A stretch of 64,000 nucleotides of DNA from the human T2T-CHM13v2.0 reference genome, Homo sapiens. Of the stretch, positions 18,681-39,359 are shown piece by piece; the first letter of the stretch is position 1, and every line of letters begins with the position of its first letter. The notes under the pieces are model-generated. The model saw only the letters and a program-made list of their open reading frames with translations. It was not told where the DNA came from and searched no databases. The position numbers and the translations under genes were made by a program. The stretch lies in assembly GCF_009914755.1 (NCBI RefSeq), contig NC_060946.1, one strand, 5' to 3'.

Positions 18681-19410
18681 AAGACATCGCTAGTGAGCAC
18701 GCTGTATACGACATCGCTAATGAGGACACCATACAAGGCATCGCTAACGATGACGCTGTACACAACATCACTAATGATGACACCGTATAAGACATCGCTA
18801 ATTATGACGCTGTATACGACATCGCTAATGACACCGTACAAGGCACGCTAACGAGGATGCTGTACACGACATCACTAATGAGGACAGTGTACAAGCCATC
18901 ACTAATGAGGACACTGTATATGGCATCGCTAACGAGGACACTGTACAAGGCATTGCTAACGAGGACGCTGTACACAACATCGCTAATGAGGACACCATAT
19001 AAGACATCACCAATGAGGATGCTGTATATGACATCGCTAATGGCACCCACAAGGCATGCTAACGAGGACGCTGTAGACGACATTGCTTATAAGGACACCG
19101 TACAAGACATCGCTAACGAGGACGCTGTATACGACATCGCTAATGAGGACGTTGTATATGACATCGCTAATGAGGATGCTTTACAAGACATAGCTAATGA
19201 GGTTGCTGTATATGACATCGCTAATGAGGACATTGTATATGACATCGCTAATGAGGACGCTCTATACGACATCACTAATGAGGACGCTGTATACAACATC
19301 GCTAATGAGGACGCTGTATATGGCATCGCTAATGAGGATGCTGTATACGAATTCGCTAATAAGGACGCTGTATATGACATTGCTAATGAGGACACTGTAC
19401 AAGACATCTG
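18681..19410. repeat. Degenerate, AT-richer continuation of the 27-bp array (DIANEDAVY units)
   Basis: Units 'gacatcgctaatgaggacgctgtatat'; second half of ORF 18857..19456 reads (DIANEDAVY)n. Confidence 0.92.
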
Positions 19411-22114
19411 TAAAAAAGAAGATGCTGCCAATGTAAGACACTTTTCTTTGTCTTGAACAGAAATGTTACTTTCCTGGCTTCTTTCCAATCAGATGTAGAC
19501 ATGAACATCTGCCAGTGTGCATTATCGATGTCATCTGCAGTTTAATCAAATGTAGACATGAACATCTGCCAATGTGGACTATTTATGACATCTGCAATTC
19601 CCTTGGTGTGGTGCTATTGATTGGCAGCCTCTCACCAACCCATGCCAGGCACACTGGGGTGTGGTAGATGGCAGCATCCACGATCCACTGCAATGCAGAG
19701 GTGTTTCCCTCCACAGCAGTTTTCCCCCATGGATTAAGAGTTGTGAAACTGCCAATCTAGATACACTTTAAAGATAAATTCTGTGGGAAAAGGTCTTGTC
19801 TTTTCCACAGGTGTCTTCCGTGCCAGTTTTGGGGGACTTCGACCTTTGACTCAATCACTATACCCCTTCATATTTTCTCTCTCAAGTTGTCGAGAGACTA
19901 TCAGATCTGTGTGACGTGTATGGCATCATTTCACCCTCCTAATGTTTTCTTTTCTATAATTGCAGGAGCCATTGACACTGGAGAATGATACGTACCCTGA
20001 AATAACTCACTTCCTGAGGAAAAAGCGCCATCTCTAGGGTACAGAAACCTGATTCTGGGCTCCTTTTGGGAAGGAGGATTTGGGGTCTGGTGAGAGCAAA
20101 TGATTTTGCAAGTATAAAACCATGTCCAGAGAGGCTGTAGGGATATCTGTGAGCCCAGAGGAAACACCAGGGGATCCTGTGCGAAGCACCATGGCTTCAG
20201 CTAGGTTGGGAGGAGTGGGTGGGCCTCTCTCTAATGACTTATCCTGGTGCTTGTGTTTCTAAAGATTTGATTGTGGAGAGCATATCTGATGATGGGGATT
20301 TGTAGGTAGGTAACTGCTTTCCACGTAAGATCCAATTGGAGAGAGTTCCCAGGGGCCTTCGGGGTATCCATGCTGCTTGGGAGGTTAAGGGAGGGGGCAT
20401 GAAATCAAAACGAAACAGGAAATATGTGTCATATTGGATTTGGTCTTTTCCGGGTTTATTGGCATAATAGTTAGAACTGTCTCTCTGGGCTATGAGGGTG
20501 CTGTGTTATTTAAAGGTGGTCTTTCCCAGAACACCTGGCCTTTTCTTTTCTGCCTCTGCCAAACATCACAGCCTTTGGGTTGGATTAGTCAGCACCCCTT
20601 GGGATTGTGCAGAAGAGGTTTGGGGTTGCATTGAGTGTCACCTGTGGTGAACAGAATCTGAGGGACACAACTCTCTCACAGGCACTTCCTCCAACCTGGA
20701 GACAGAGTTCTCCTGGTGTGTGCCCAGGGGTGGAGGAGAAATTGACAGTCTGCCTCTGAACTTTCAGGACTTTAAAAAGCACTCATGTTTCCATCCTCAC
20801 TGTTGACTCCTGGCTTAAAGGGATCTCCCGGGGTGAGTGAGGAGGCGGGATCGGACCCTGGCAGTCTGACGGCAGCACCTGTGTTCCTCTGCACTGGGCC
20901 GTGGATGACATTACACACCTTGGTGAGAATCAGGAATTGAGGCTAACCACATCTGAAATTGAGATGGGCCTTGAGTCATATAAATAGTTTGGAAAAGATG
21001 CATTTTACTACGCTATTGAAAGAAACCATTTATTTCTCACTCCAGCAGGATAAATGGTTTTCAGTATCCATTTAACTGCTCATTGACTCTTACTGTAGAT
21101 GAGGAGGTGGCCAGCAGCCCCTGCCCTCCCCCAGTTGGTAGGCCCAAGGTAACCAGCAATTGACTGGATATAATGGAAGAGTGGTGCATTCGGAGGTATC
21201 TGTATTAATGGGACCCACATGATATGGATGAGAGCTATTAGGGTGAGAAAAAGCCTGGGAGCACAATGAAATATTTAAATATTAAACAAAACATTGTTGA
21301 AATCTCCATTGTACTTTAGTAGTTGAAGTCATTCTTGTGGTCATCACTGCCTTTCCCAAGCATAACAAGCTACTTAATATCACATGGACCCGTGCCATGA
21401 GGAATGATGATCAGTTTGTAAAATGCCAATAAAACAATTGCCTATATAAGCCACAATGTTTCATCCATATATTTCAATTTCCATGTGTAAGTATAGTTCA
21501 AATTTCAGAAATTTATTATTATCTAATAGAATATGCATGGTATATCAATGAGCAATTATCATACTGTTTCTATTAACAATTATTTGTATGATGAAAAAAG
21601 CAGACTCCCATTCTTGGATTTTTCTCAGTTTGCACACATTAGCATGACAGCCCCATTTCCACCTGACATGTGCCAGCAAGAGGCCAGGAACAGAGGCTTT
21701 TCTTATTAACTAAGATTTCTAAATGTATTACGTATTCACATTTAGAAACTCTAAATATCATAAAAGGTTAGCAAGGAAGTTTCCCTTCCACTCTGAACTT
21801 CCAAACACCAAGTCAACATTTTTGTTTGCATATCATCCCTGCAATCTATGTGCAAATAGAAGCATGCACCTGGAATGCAGGCTGATGTGTGATCGTGTTT
21901 ACACAAAGTCCTCTGCACCTCTGCATATATCACTGGGCAATGCACCTTAGTTATCATTCCACATTTCAAATGTAAATCCATTGTATTGTTTCAGAGCTAT
22001 AAAGTACTGCACCCCATGACTATTCCCAAAATTACTTAAGCACCCCGCTATGGGTATCCATTTGTTCTGTTTCCAGTCTTGCTCTTATAACCAATGCTGT
22101 AGTGAACAGCACTG

Positions 22115-22480
22115 TGTTGAGAAGCGGTGAACGTGGGCATCTTTGTCTTGTTCCCTTCCTCAGGCGGAATGCTTTCAACTCTCCCCCATTCAGGAAAATG
22201 TTGGCTGTGGGTTTGTCATAGATAGCTTTTATTACCTTAAGGTATGTCCGTTCTACGCTGATTTTGATGAACGGTTTTAATCATAAAGAAATGCTGGATT
22301 TTGTCAAAGGCTTTTTCTGCATCTATTCAGATTATCATGTGATTTTTGTTTTTAGTTTTATTGATGTGATGTATCACATTTATTGACTTGCGTATGTTAA
22401 ACCATCCCTGCATCCCTAGTATGAAACCCACTTGAATCATGGTGGATTATCTTTTTGATATGCTGTTGGATTCAGTTAGC
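22115..22480 (-). mobile_element. L1 ORF2 fragment (antisense)
   Basis: 'ttggctgtgggtttgtcatagatagct...gatcatggtggat'-like L1P motif. Confidence 0.75.
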
Positions 22481-23904
22481 TTGGTTGTAGCATTTCTTAT
22501 TATTCCATCTGTGGAATGTATTGGTTGAAATAATGAAAACATGTTCTATCCTCACTGCTTAGCACTTTGTGTTTCTTTAATAGCCTTCCCAACAGGGCAA
22601 CATAAAAGCAGGAGCCCTGCTAGTCTCCCCTTAACCCGGAATCCCCCCTTCTCCACAGCTCGCTCATTGGACAGGATAGACTGGGTGCCCAGGCTTCAAG
22701 GTAAGGACGTGCTCTGTCACCTAGAGGTGCAGTGCTTGGGAAGGCCAACCTTGGAGGGTTGCCTGCCAGCTTTACAGTGACAGAGGTGTTGAGAGGGACT
22801 GACCACCAGTGCATAAGGCTGTGCTTTGTTGGTGACATAAAGGATTGTTTCACAGATTGTTGGGGAGGGACAATCCCAAGGCCTCCCCTGGCCCTGGTGC
22901 TGGCTCTGCACAAAGGCAATAAGAGAGGGATGCTGGTAAGGGCTGACCTGTTGCTGTGCTGGGGAGGAAGGTGCTGGGCTGAAATTCAGGAGGCTGAGGA
23001 TGCAGCAGTCCCATAGGAGGTACATGACCTTCAGGATACATTTTCTTCATTGATGATCAATGGAAATGAGAAATCACTGACTATTTTTTCTATCATTGGA
23101 ATCTACTCTCCACTGCTCATGCTGTTCCTGTCTTTTGGGGAAGATGGAGGATCAATCAGTGTGCGCTGCACTGAGTGGAAGGAAGGAGAACTGTGACAAA
23201 AATTAAGGAAGGATGAGAGACGGGAGGGCCCTTCATCCAGCTGCTTGCAGAGTCCTCCTGAGGAGGAAAGCCCCGTGGCTCCCTGGCGAAGGAGCAGTGA
23301 GGGCTGCGTGACTCCCACAGTGAAGTGTGTGGTATGTCTGAGGACACCCAGGCTGGTGGTCCATGAGGAGCCAGTGGCAGAGTGAGAAGCAGAAAGGCCA
23401 GGAGGGTGGCTGGAGGCCAGGCTCTGAGTCATTCTCCATGTGATGGAAACAGCCGGAGCCCAGTGGGCTTGGAGGTACAGGATGCGGTGGCTGATGACAG
23501 AACAATGTGGAGAGAGGCGTCATTTGTCAAATCCTTACTTTGTTCTGGGCATTGTGCTAAAAATTCTGATGGCTCATCCCATTTAGGGGCTGAAAGTTGC
23601 AGAGGTTTAGGAAGCTCACCCACGATACTGGAGCCCCCATCTCCTGCCCTAGTGCTGTCCACCTTCTCACCCAGCCACCACCTGTTTCGGGGGAACACAC
23701 AGAAGTGGTAACCTCTTATGGAGAGGCAAGTAAATTCTGCTGTTTTTGTTATTCACAGAAAAACACTGGCTCGTGTGGGTTGGGAAGGTGAAATACCAGA
23801 AGTATTTCATCTGGTTATTTCTACCCATGCGACTCCTATAGTATTGAAATGCATAGGTTAGCATTTTTGGCCAATTTACTCAGCATTCTGGGTTAAAGGC
23901 TTTT

Positions 23905-24225
<321 letters not shown>

Positions 24226-25699
24226 AAAGTCTTTTAAAATTCACTTGTATAAGTTGACTTAGTTTTCTTTAACCTTGTAGAAAAATACAAAAATGGCAAT
24301 CTCTTTTATCACACAAATAATGTCTTTTTAATGGAGTGATTTTTTTCTAATTGAGGTATTATGTACTTTTCATTTACTAATTATTGTTTACATTTGAAGT
24401 GTTTTATGAATTAATATTTAATTGCATAGATGAAGATTACTAGTTATAGGCATTTTACTAACCAATACTCATTAAGCATAGCGTGGATTCCTATGACATC
24501 AAGGAGCTATTTTATTTGGTAAAACGAAAAAGCACAAGAATGAACGAACGCAAGAACTGAAACAGTGGAGACACCTAGAATGACTTGTCTAAGATCTAAA
24601 TCATTTTGTTGTCTTCCCAGCGTACTTATTATCCTGATCATTGTCATCAGCATTGTTTGGGTCCTTTTAGCACAGATTTCTCAAAATGGGTAACTCCATA
24701 ACAGTTGGAAGCTTACGAATTCATATAATTTGTAAGAGGTCAATTTGGGAGTACCTATCTATTTTAAAATTCCAATAACCTGGGAATTTCATCCCATGTC
24801 TAGAGTCTTTTATGTAAAATATTTCCACAATTAGGAGAAATATGTGCATGGGGATTTTCTATGTAGCGGTGTTTTGATGGAATAGAAAATTGGGATAAAC
24901 CAAATTTCCATCACGAAGGAAATAGTAATATGCTGAATAATAATACAGCGAATATTATGCAGGCTTTAAACATCAAAAAAGAGTTCAACTTCTGACTTCC
25001 GATGATGGTGTTGAAGCAGGTCACTGCTGGTTTACATTTGATTTTCATGTGGGAACTCTGGAAGTCCGCCTTAGTGATTTTACATGTGGCTAAATTGAGC
25101 TAATGACAAGCTGTTCGAAGTATGGCAAAATGGAACTTTAAAACAGTATCTTGTCAACAACCAAGAGGACCTGTTTCACATAAAGCCCACGCATTCATCT
25201 GCCTGTCCATCATTCTGTCTGTCCACACGGGCATCATTCGTTAGTGGAACTGAGTGCCCGCTGTCGAGCTGACAAGCCCATAACCTCCCTGTTCCTAGTC
25301 ACACATTAATTCTTCAACAAGTCCCTTTTGATAGATTGTGATTAAGCTTAGCTACTATTTCCAATTGCTTCCCCAAACGTACTTCTCACTGTTCTCCCAT
25401 CACACCCTTCAGCCCATCCATGCGGGGTTCCTTTGCTTTTCCCACCTTACACCAAACTCCCTATTTTTACTCCCACTTTTACCTCCTCTCCCAGACAAAA
25501 CAAACAAAACTAGCATTTTAAAACTTAGTTGTAATCTTTCTTCCTTCATGAAAATTTCTCCAACAGCCACTCCCACGGTCCTGTGTGTTCCGGATATTTT
25601 AAAATAATGGCTATAAGGTTGAGCACTTCAGGATACGCTGTTTTGCTGTGTGCAGATGGACGCAGTGGCTGGAGTGAATGAACGGCAACACTTGCTGGC

Positions 25700-25860
25700 A
25701 ACCGGCAGAAGCTGAGAGACAGGGAACAGGCTCTCCTCCAGAGCCTCCAGGAGCCAGGCCTTTGGACACCTTGAATGTGGGCTTCTGGGAGACCATGCGT
25801 TTCTGTTATAAGCAGCCCAGTCTCTGGCAGTTTTTACGGCTGCCCCGGAACACTCATCTA
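25700..25860 (+). mobile_element. MLT1 (MaLR) LTR 3' fragment
   Basis: 'ccagagcctccagga...acaccttga...ttctgttataagcagcccagt' MaLR-type end. Confidence 0.6.
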
Positions 25861-26634
25861 TACCTGTCTGACAAGGTCAAGCTCCAAGGAAGGGACTCTC
25901 TACATATCTACATTGTTTGCAGATTTTACAATAATCATTTATTCTTGCATGGCTGATCATTGTTAACCAATACAAATAAAATAATAAAGAAATGACCCAC
26001 ATTTTATGTTGGGAGTTTGATCTGCCATTTATCAAGTATGGAATCTTGAACAAGGGGTTAAACATCTGAATGTCTCCATCACTTCATCTCTAAAGTGGGG
26101 GTGCTCACACCCACTGGGCTCCCCCGCCCAGGTTGGTGCCGGACTCTCCCTGGGCCCCCCTGTTCTCTCACCAGCCACATCCATTCTCCCCCCAGAGGCG
26201 CTAGTGACTGTGCGTGGCTTTCCATTCCCACCACGTTTGTCTCTAACCCCAGTGGCAGATCAGTGTAAGAACACAGCTGAGTGCTCCTCGCCTCCTTGCC
26301 CCTTCAAGGGCTCCTCACCACCCACCAGATCAGGTGCAAACTTCCAAGCCTTACTGGATCCCCTTCCACATTCTGAGCTCCGCCTGCCTTCCCATCGCTA
26401 TCCTTCCCCACCTGCCTCCCTGGTAGAGAAAAGCGGAGTGTGTGATGCTGTCTGAATGCTGAGCACGGCCTTTTGCAGCCAGTCCACTGTGTACGCTGCC
26501 CCTATCGGAGACCTCCACCTTAACCCTTTCCAGCCTGGAGGCTCCTCCCAGGGCCCCACAACAGAAGTGACTTCCCTTGCCTTTGAATTTCTATAGCACA
26601 ATCCCTACTGCCCCCCGTTAAAACTGCAAAGTCC

Positions 26635-27260
26635 TTTTGTGGAAAATAACTTTATTCATGACTGTGTTTATCACACTATCTTATGGAGAAGAGATGATCA
26701 ATAAATATTTGCTGAATAAATGAATAGCAGTTACAAAACACTTGATTCATATGGAATTAATGTTGGTTCTCAAAGTGAAAAATTACAAACAGCACTGATA
26801 TTCAGCCAGTATACAAGTCTGGTCACAGCAGTTGTATAATACTGAAATACCCCCTGCCACTGACCTTTGGCCCCCAGATGCCTCCCACTGCCACTGCTCT
26901 CCCCACTGGGAACCCCTGAAGTTCCCACAGGCTCATAACTAAAGGGCTAATGTCTTGCACAGCAGCGAGCACCCAGGACCGAGCAGCCACATGGCCGGGT
27001 CTGCTGGTGAAAGCATCCATTCTGACTGATCAGGACCTGAGGGGCCTCATGGTTACATATTTTGATAATATCCCTAATTATAAATAAGGCTCAGTTATAT
27101 AGTTTGAAAACAGTGCTTCTCCTCACTGCAAAATCTCTTAGAAGACTCCGTAGATCCAGGAACGGAAATGGAAAATGACAGCGTGTCAATCTCTGAAGGT
27201 TTTGGGCATTTCCATTAGCACTCCATCTTCATGTAAACCAGAAGATATGCAGTTTCCTGC
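26635..27260 (-). pseudogene. USP18: Duplicated USP18 terminal exon (last codons + full 3'UTR)
   Basis: Minus strand: ttctctctag|G CAG GAA ACT GCA TAT CTT CTG GTT TAC ATG AAG ATG GAG TGC TAA = QETAYLLVYMKMEC*, the recalled USP18 C-terminus (stop 27215-27217). AATAAA at 26651-26656. Confidence 0.9.
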
Positions 27261-27524
27261 CTAGAGAGAAGAGAAGACACATCAGCACAGCGGCATGAAA
27301 CCTTCATCAGAAAACAATGCTTCATTAATCCGTGACAGGACAAGCGTCAGCAAACTTCCAGGCGGCTGGATTAGGCCTTCATCTATCCATCACCTTGGAG
27401 AGGAACAAAATAGGTGGCCTGGGAAGATAAGCACTATGTTTCTATTAGTTAATATCTAAAGCGGAGGTTAACAAGCTATGGACACACAAGCCAAACCCAG
27501 CCCTCTTGGGGTTTTTTAAATCTA

Positions 27525-35180
<7,656 letters not shown>

Positions 35181-36829
35181 GCAGGACACTGAACTCTGGG
35201 AGGGCCTCCTGGTGAGAGGTGAGCACAGAGGGGAGAGATGGAGGCAGGAGCATGGGTTTCTGGTGGCCCCAGCAGACCCTGTGGCAGCGTGGCCAGGGTC
35301 CTCTGCAGGGAGGAATCTTGGCCAGGATGACGCTGTAGCAGGCCTCTTCCTGAGGCCTCCAGCCAGCCCGGCCAGGGTCCCAGCGTCCAGTGACCCCTGT
35401 TTCACAGCAGCAGCTGGGGCCAGCCCCAGGCTCTCTTCCACTCCCAGCTTCTTAAAACTGGAAGTGGAGAGAGTTGTTTGATAAAACACTGGGGCAAACC
35501 ACATCCTCTCTTCACCAAGGGAGAGTTGGAGGGGATGCCGGCAGAGGGAGCTTTAGAGTAGAGACCCCTACCCAACCAGTGACCGTCACGCACACAGCAG
35601 GGCATGCTATGGAGACCCCCAGACAGTCACTCGGGGAGATCCAGCAGGTCCAGACTCTTCAGAGATCTGTGGCAGCAGGTCCCCACTCCCAAAAGCCACG
35701 TGCCCACGGGTGGTCTCTGGTGCCTGAGACCCCAGTCTCATTTGCATCTTTGCAACTTCGAGTTTAAGTGGGTGTCGCATCTCTGTATGTCCTCCCGAGC
35801 AGAGGAGGGGCACAGCCTGGGGTGGCAGCTGGCGTCAAACCCTCAAATCCCCTGAGAGCCACTGGGGAGACTAAGCAGTCCCCAGCCCCCACTTGTCCCT
35901 GAGCTGCCATTCTCAGCCCTGTGGGAGGAGACAGAAAGCCCTGAAGAGAAACCAAAGGACCAGGTCAGGAGGGGCTGGGGGGGTGGCATGAGCAATCAGG
36001 GCAGGGAAGGATGCACAGATGGGGGAATGGAGGGAAGAAGGAATGAATGAAAAGGTGAATGAATGAACAAAGAGAGAGAACGGCCACTCCTCCCTTGCTT
36101 TAGTTTACAAAGTACTGGGATCCTCCCAACAGCCTGCAAGACAGAATTTCTGGGAAGCAGACCAGGTGGCTGGCAGGGAGGGGAGGCTTGCCCTGGCTTT
36201 TGTGGGCCCAATGGGAGGCAGGGGGCAAGAAGGGGCATCCTGTGTGTGTCCTCCCTGCAGCGGCAGCAGCACCTTCCTGGAAGAGGGTCAGGAAACACCC
36301 GCTGTGGCCCCTCTCCACCACGCCCTCATCCAGGACACCAAGTATCAGTCACTCAGCTCACGAGACCCAGGCCCTGACTCAGGGAGAGAGGATGTGAGGG
36401 GTGGGGCACCGGGCTCCTCAGGACTGAGAGACCTGAGATGTGGCCCCGGGCTGGGTGTAGGGGCAGACTGGCTATGGCAGCATTGTGTGTACCCCAGCAG
36501 GCCAGTACCCACGCAGGGAGCCTCCAAACCCCTTCACCCATGACCCTGGGAGAAGACCGCAGCCTTGGAGAATTGGCCTCACTGAAGGGGCCTGCGCCGG
36601 CCAGCAGGGTCAGGCGGGGCCAGACAGGTTCCCACCTGGGATATGCAAATGGGCCTCCTGAATCCTGGAGCCAGGTATGGACTCACACACCACCATTGTC
36701 CCCAAGTCCCCATCTGCCCCACGGGCACACCCTGCCGCCTGTTCTGTGCAAGGGCCCTGAGGCTGTCTCCTTGCGCTCAAGCCCTGCAGGTGCTGAAGCC
36801 CACACACACGGCTCCTGCTTCCTGGGCCA

Positions 36830-37250
36830 GTGCACGTGCACACACACACACGTGCGCACACACACACACCCCCACAAATATACCCACACACAATCACACA
36901 CATTCACACATACCCACCCCCCCATACTCACACTCACACATTTACACACACCCACACACCCACACTCACACACTCACAGTCACACACACCCTCACACAGC
37001 GAAACACAATCACACACATTCACACCCACCCACACCCCCACACACTCACACTCACATATACTCACACACACCCACACACACATACACAAACACAATCACA
37101 CACATTCACACACACCCACACTCACACATACACACACCCAAACACGATCACACACATTCACACACACCCACACCCCACAAACACACTCACACATATACCC
37201 ACACACACTCACACATAATCTCTCACACACACACATGCTCACACACACAC
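36830..37250. repeat. Long imperfect (CA)-rich low-complexity tract
   Basis: ~420 bp of cacacacac/cacactcac; the source of the His/Thr ORFs. Confidence 0.95.
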
Positions 37251-37311
37251 GCCTTCTCCAGGAGGGGCTGGCTGCCAAAGGCCACCCAGCTTCCTCCCAC
37301 GTCTCACTCAC

Positions 37312-37489
37312 CGTACAATATTTGAGAAGACCTTGGAGTCAGCAGCAACAGCGGCGTGGGCAAAGGCCGGGGGTCAAATGGGGCCTGGTGTCGAGAGAGG
37401 ACCACAGCCAGCACAATGACAGCCAGCGCCAGCCCCAGCCCCAGCCCCAGCAGGACCAGGTCACCCATGGCTCCGTAGTCCTGGGCCAT
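37312..37489 (-). pseudogene. GGT5: GGT5 first coding exon copy with a 1-bp frameshift
   Basis: MAQDYGAMGDLVLLGLGLGLALAVIVLAVVLSRHQAP resembles GGT5 MARGYGATVSLVLLGLGLALAVIVLAVVLSRHQAP. After a -1 shift the other frame reads AFAHAAVAADSKVFSNIV. Intact donor gtgagt at 37311. Confidence 0.88.
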
Positions 37490-39359
37490 GGCTCTGCGGC
37501 CCAGAAGGAGAGGGGAGGCCGGTGGGCAGACGGAGGGACAGATGGGTGGGCAGATGAATGGACAAGAAGATGCATAGATAGACTCACAGGTAATTGGACA
37601 GATGGACAAACAGGTGGGGGCTGAAGACAGACACGAAGATGGATCGACAGACAGGCCAGATAGCTAGACAAAGAGGACAGTAAGAGAAAGATGGTCAGAT
37701 AGACAATGGGACAGAGATGGGCTTACAGATGGGCGGACAGACAGACAGGTCTGAACAGCGGGCTGCCAGATGGACAGATGGGTGAATGGACAGATGGCTG
37801 GCAGCTGTGGCGAGCTGCTGCCCTCACCAAGTGCACACTACGGAGTGGCCAAACTCATGCCTCAACTTCTAGTTTTCAGCTCCTGCTTGTTCCTGGCAGG
37901 AGGCCAGGCAGCAAAGCGTCTGAGGGGAGTTTTCTTTGCCTAGAGAAGTCAGCTGCTGTGTTAACTCCCTCACTGCTGGTAGGTCCAAAGGCCCCACCTA
38001 CTGCCCGCCAGAGCCCATGGTCACACTGTCGCAATGTGCAGGAGAACTTGGTGCGTGCTGCACTGCGGTTGCCAGGTAGGGGCAGGGCTCCCTGGAACCT
38101 CCACACCATTCCCCAGGTTCTCAGCAGCTCTGGGAAAGCAGAGCTGGGGCCGCTTAACTCTGCCCTGGATCCGGCAAGGCTGCCCACCTCCCAGAGTGGA
38201 GCCCTGCTCCCCAGCTCCCATCTCTATCCCCTAACCCTCTCCGCATGGCCCAGCCTAGTCAGCATCAAGGTGGAGCTGAACAGAGGCAGAAGGAGGAGGA
38301 CCCAAGGTGGTGTCACTCAGGACCCGGGTTCAAGTCCTTATGTTTCTGCAGCCTGGCCTGGGTCCCCCAACCCCCCCAGGGTGACCAAGGGCTTCCCAGT
38401 CTGCACAGAGGACAGGGGGTCTTGACAGCATCAAATGCTGGTGACTATGAGACACTTACATGGGAAATGCAGACAGACCATGCCTCTAGCCCTTGGCACC
38501 AGGCACCATCCATCCCTGGGACTTGCTGTCCTGGAAATGCAGCATGGACCTCCAGGGAGGGGGGCTGTGCCATGTTGGGGCCCCACCCCACCTGCAGCTC
38601 TTTCCCACCCTGGCTGCAGGTCTGCTTCTCTGAATCCAAATCCGCTACTACTGTGCTGGCAGCGCAGCCTCTCTGGGGACACTGGCCTGGCTCTGTTCTC
38701 CCCAGGCCTCAGGGTGCCTAAATGGGAGGCAACCAGGGGAGTGAGGACCCACTGAGGGGCTCCGTTGACCAGGCTCAGCAGGGGTGCAGGTGATGTGGGG
38801 TGGAATCCTTCCCACATGGCCCCCACAGTCCTCCCCGCTTCCTCCCCAACTGAACACTGCCTGCTCCAGATGTGTACACCTGGAGTCTGGGCCCCTCCAT
38901 CTGGGCAGCAGAGAAACTGAGGCACAGAGACAGACTGTGTCCTTACAGGGCACACAGCCTGCCAGGCCCCTATGTCCGGCCAGAGCCCCTGGTCAGCCTG
39001 GGCTGCAGTGATTGTTTAGAGGTAGGCTGTTCCCACGGCTGCCTCTCACGGTAGGGGGGCCTGCGGACGCCTCCTCCCGCCCCCACCCGACTCCCAAGCC
39101 TCAGTGACATTGCTCAACCAGGAACTGAAGTGCATTCCTGGGCTCAGGCCAGCCCACCCACCCACCCGCTGCAGTCCTGGAAGCCCAGAGGCCTGGGCAG
39201 CAGGAACAGTGGAGACAGCAGTGTGGGGGACGTCCCCCCTCCTCTCCCCACCATCCTCGTCAGGCAGAGGCCAGGGTGCAGGGACCACCGGAGCAAAGGC
39301 CCAGGGAAATGAATGGGTGTCATTCTGGTCCTGACCCGAGGCACAGCCAGGAAGGTCCC

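Noticed and set aside
17041-19410. 27-bp periodic array as a CRISPR-like locus
   Set aside because: Head-to-tail units with no unique spacers, no cas genes, and a eukaryotic context; it is a VNTR.
36438-37624. His/Thr-rich ORFs of 191-295 aa
   Set aside because: Translations of a (CA)-rich low-complexity tract.
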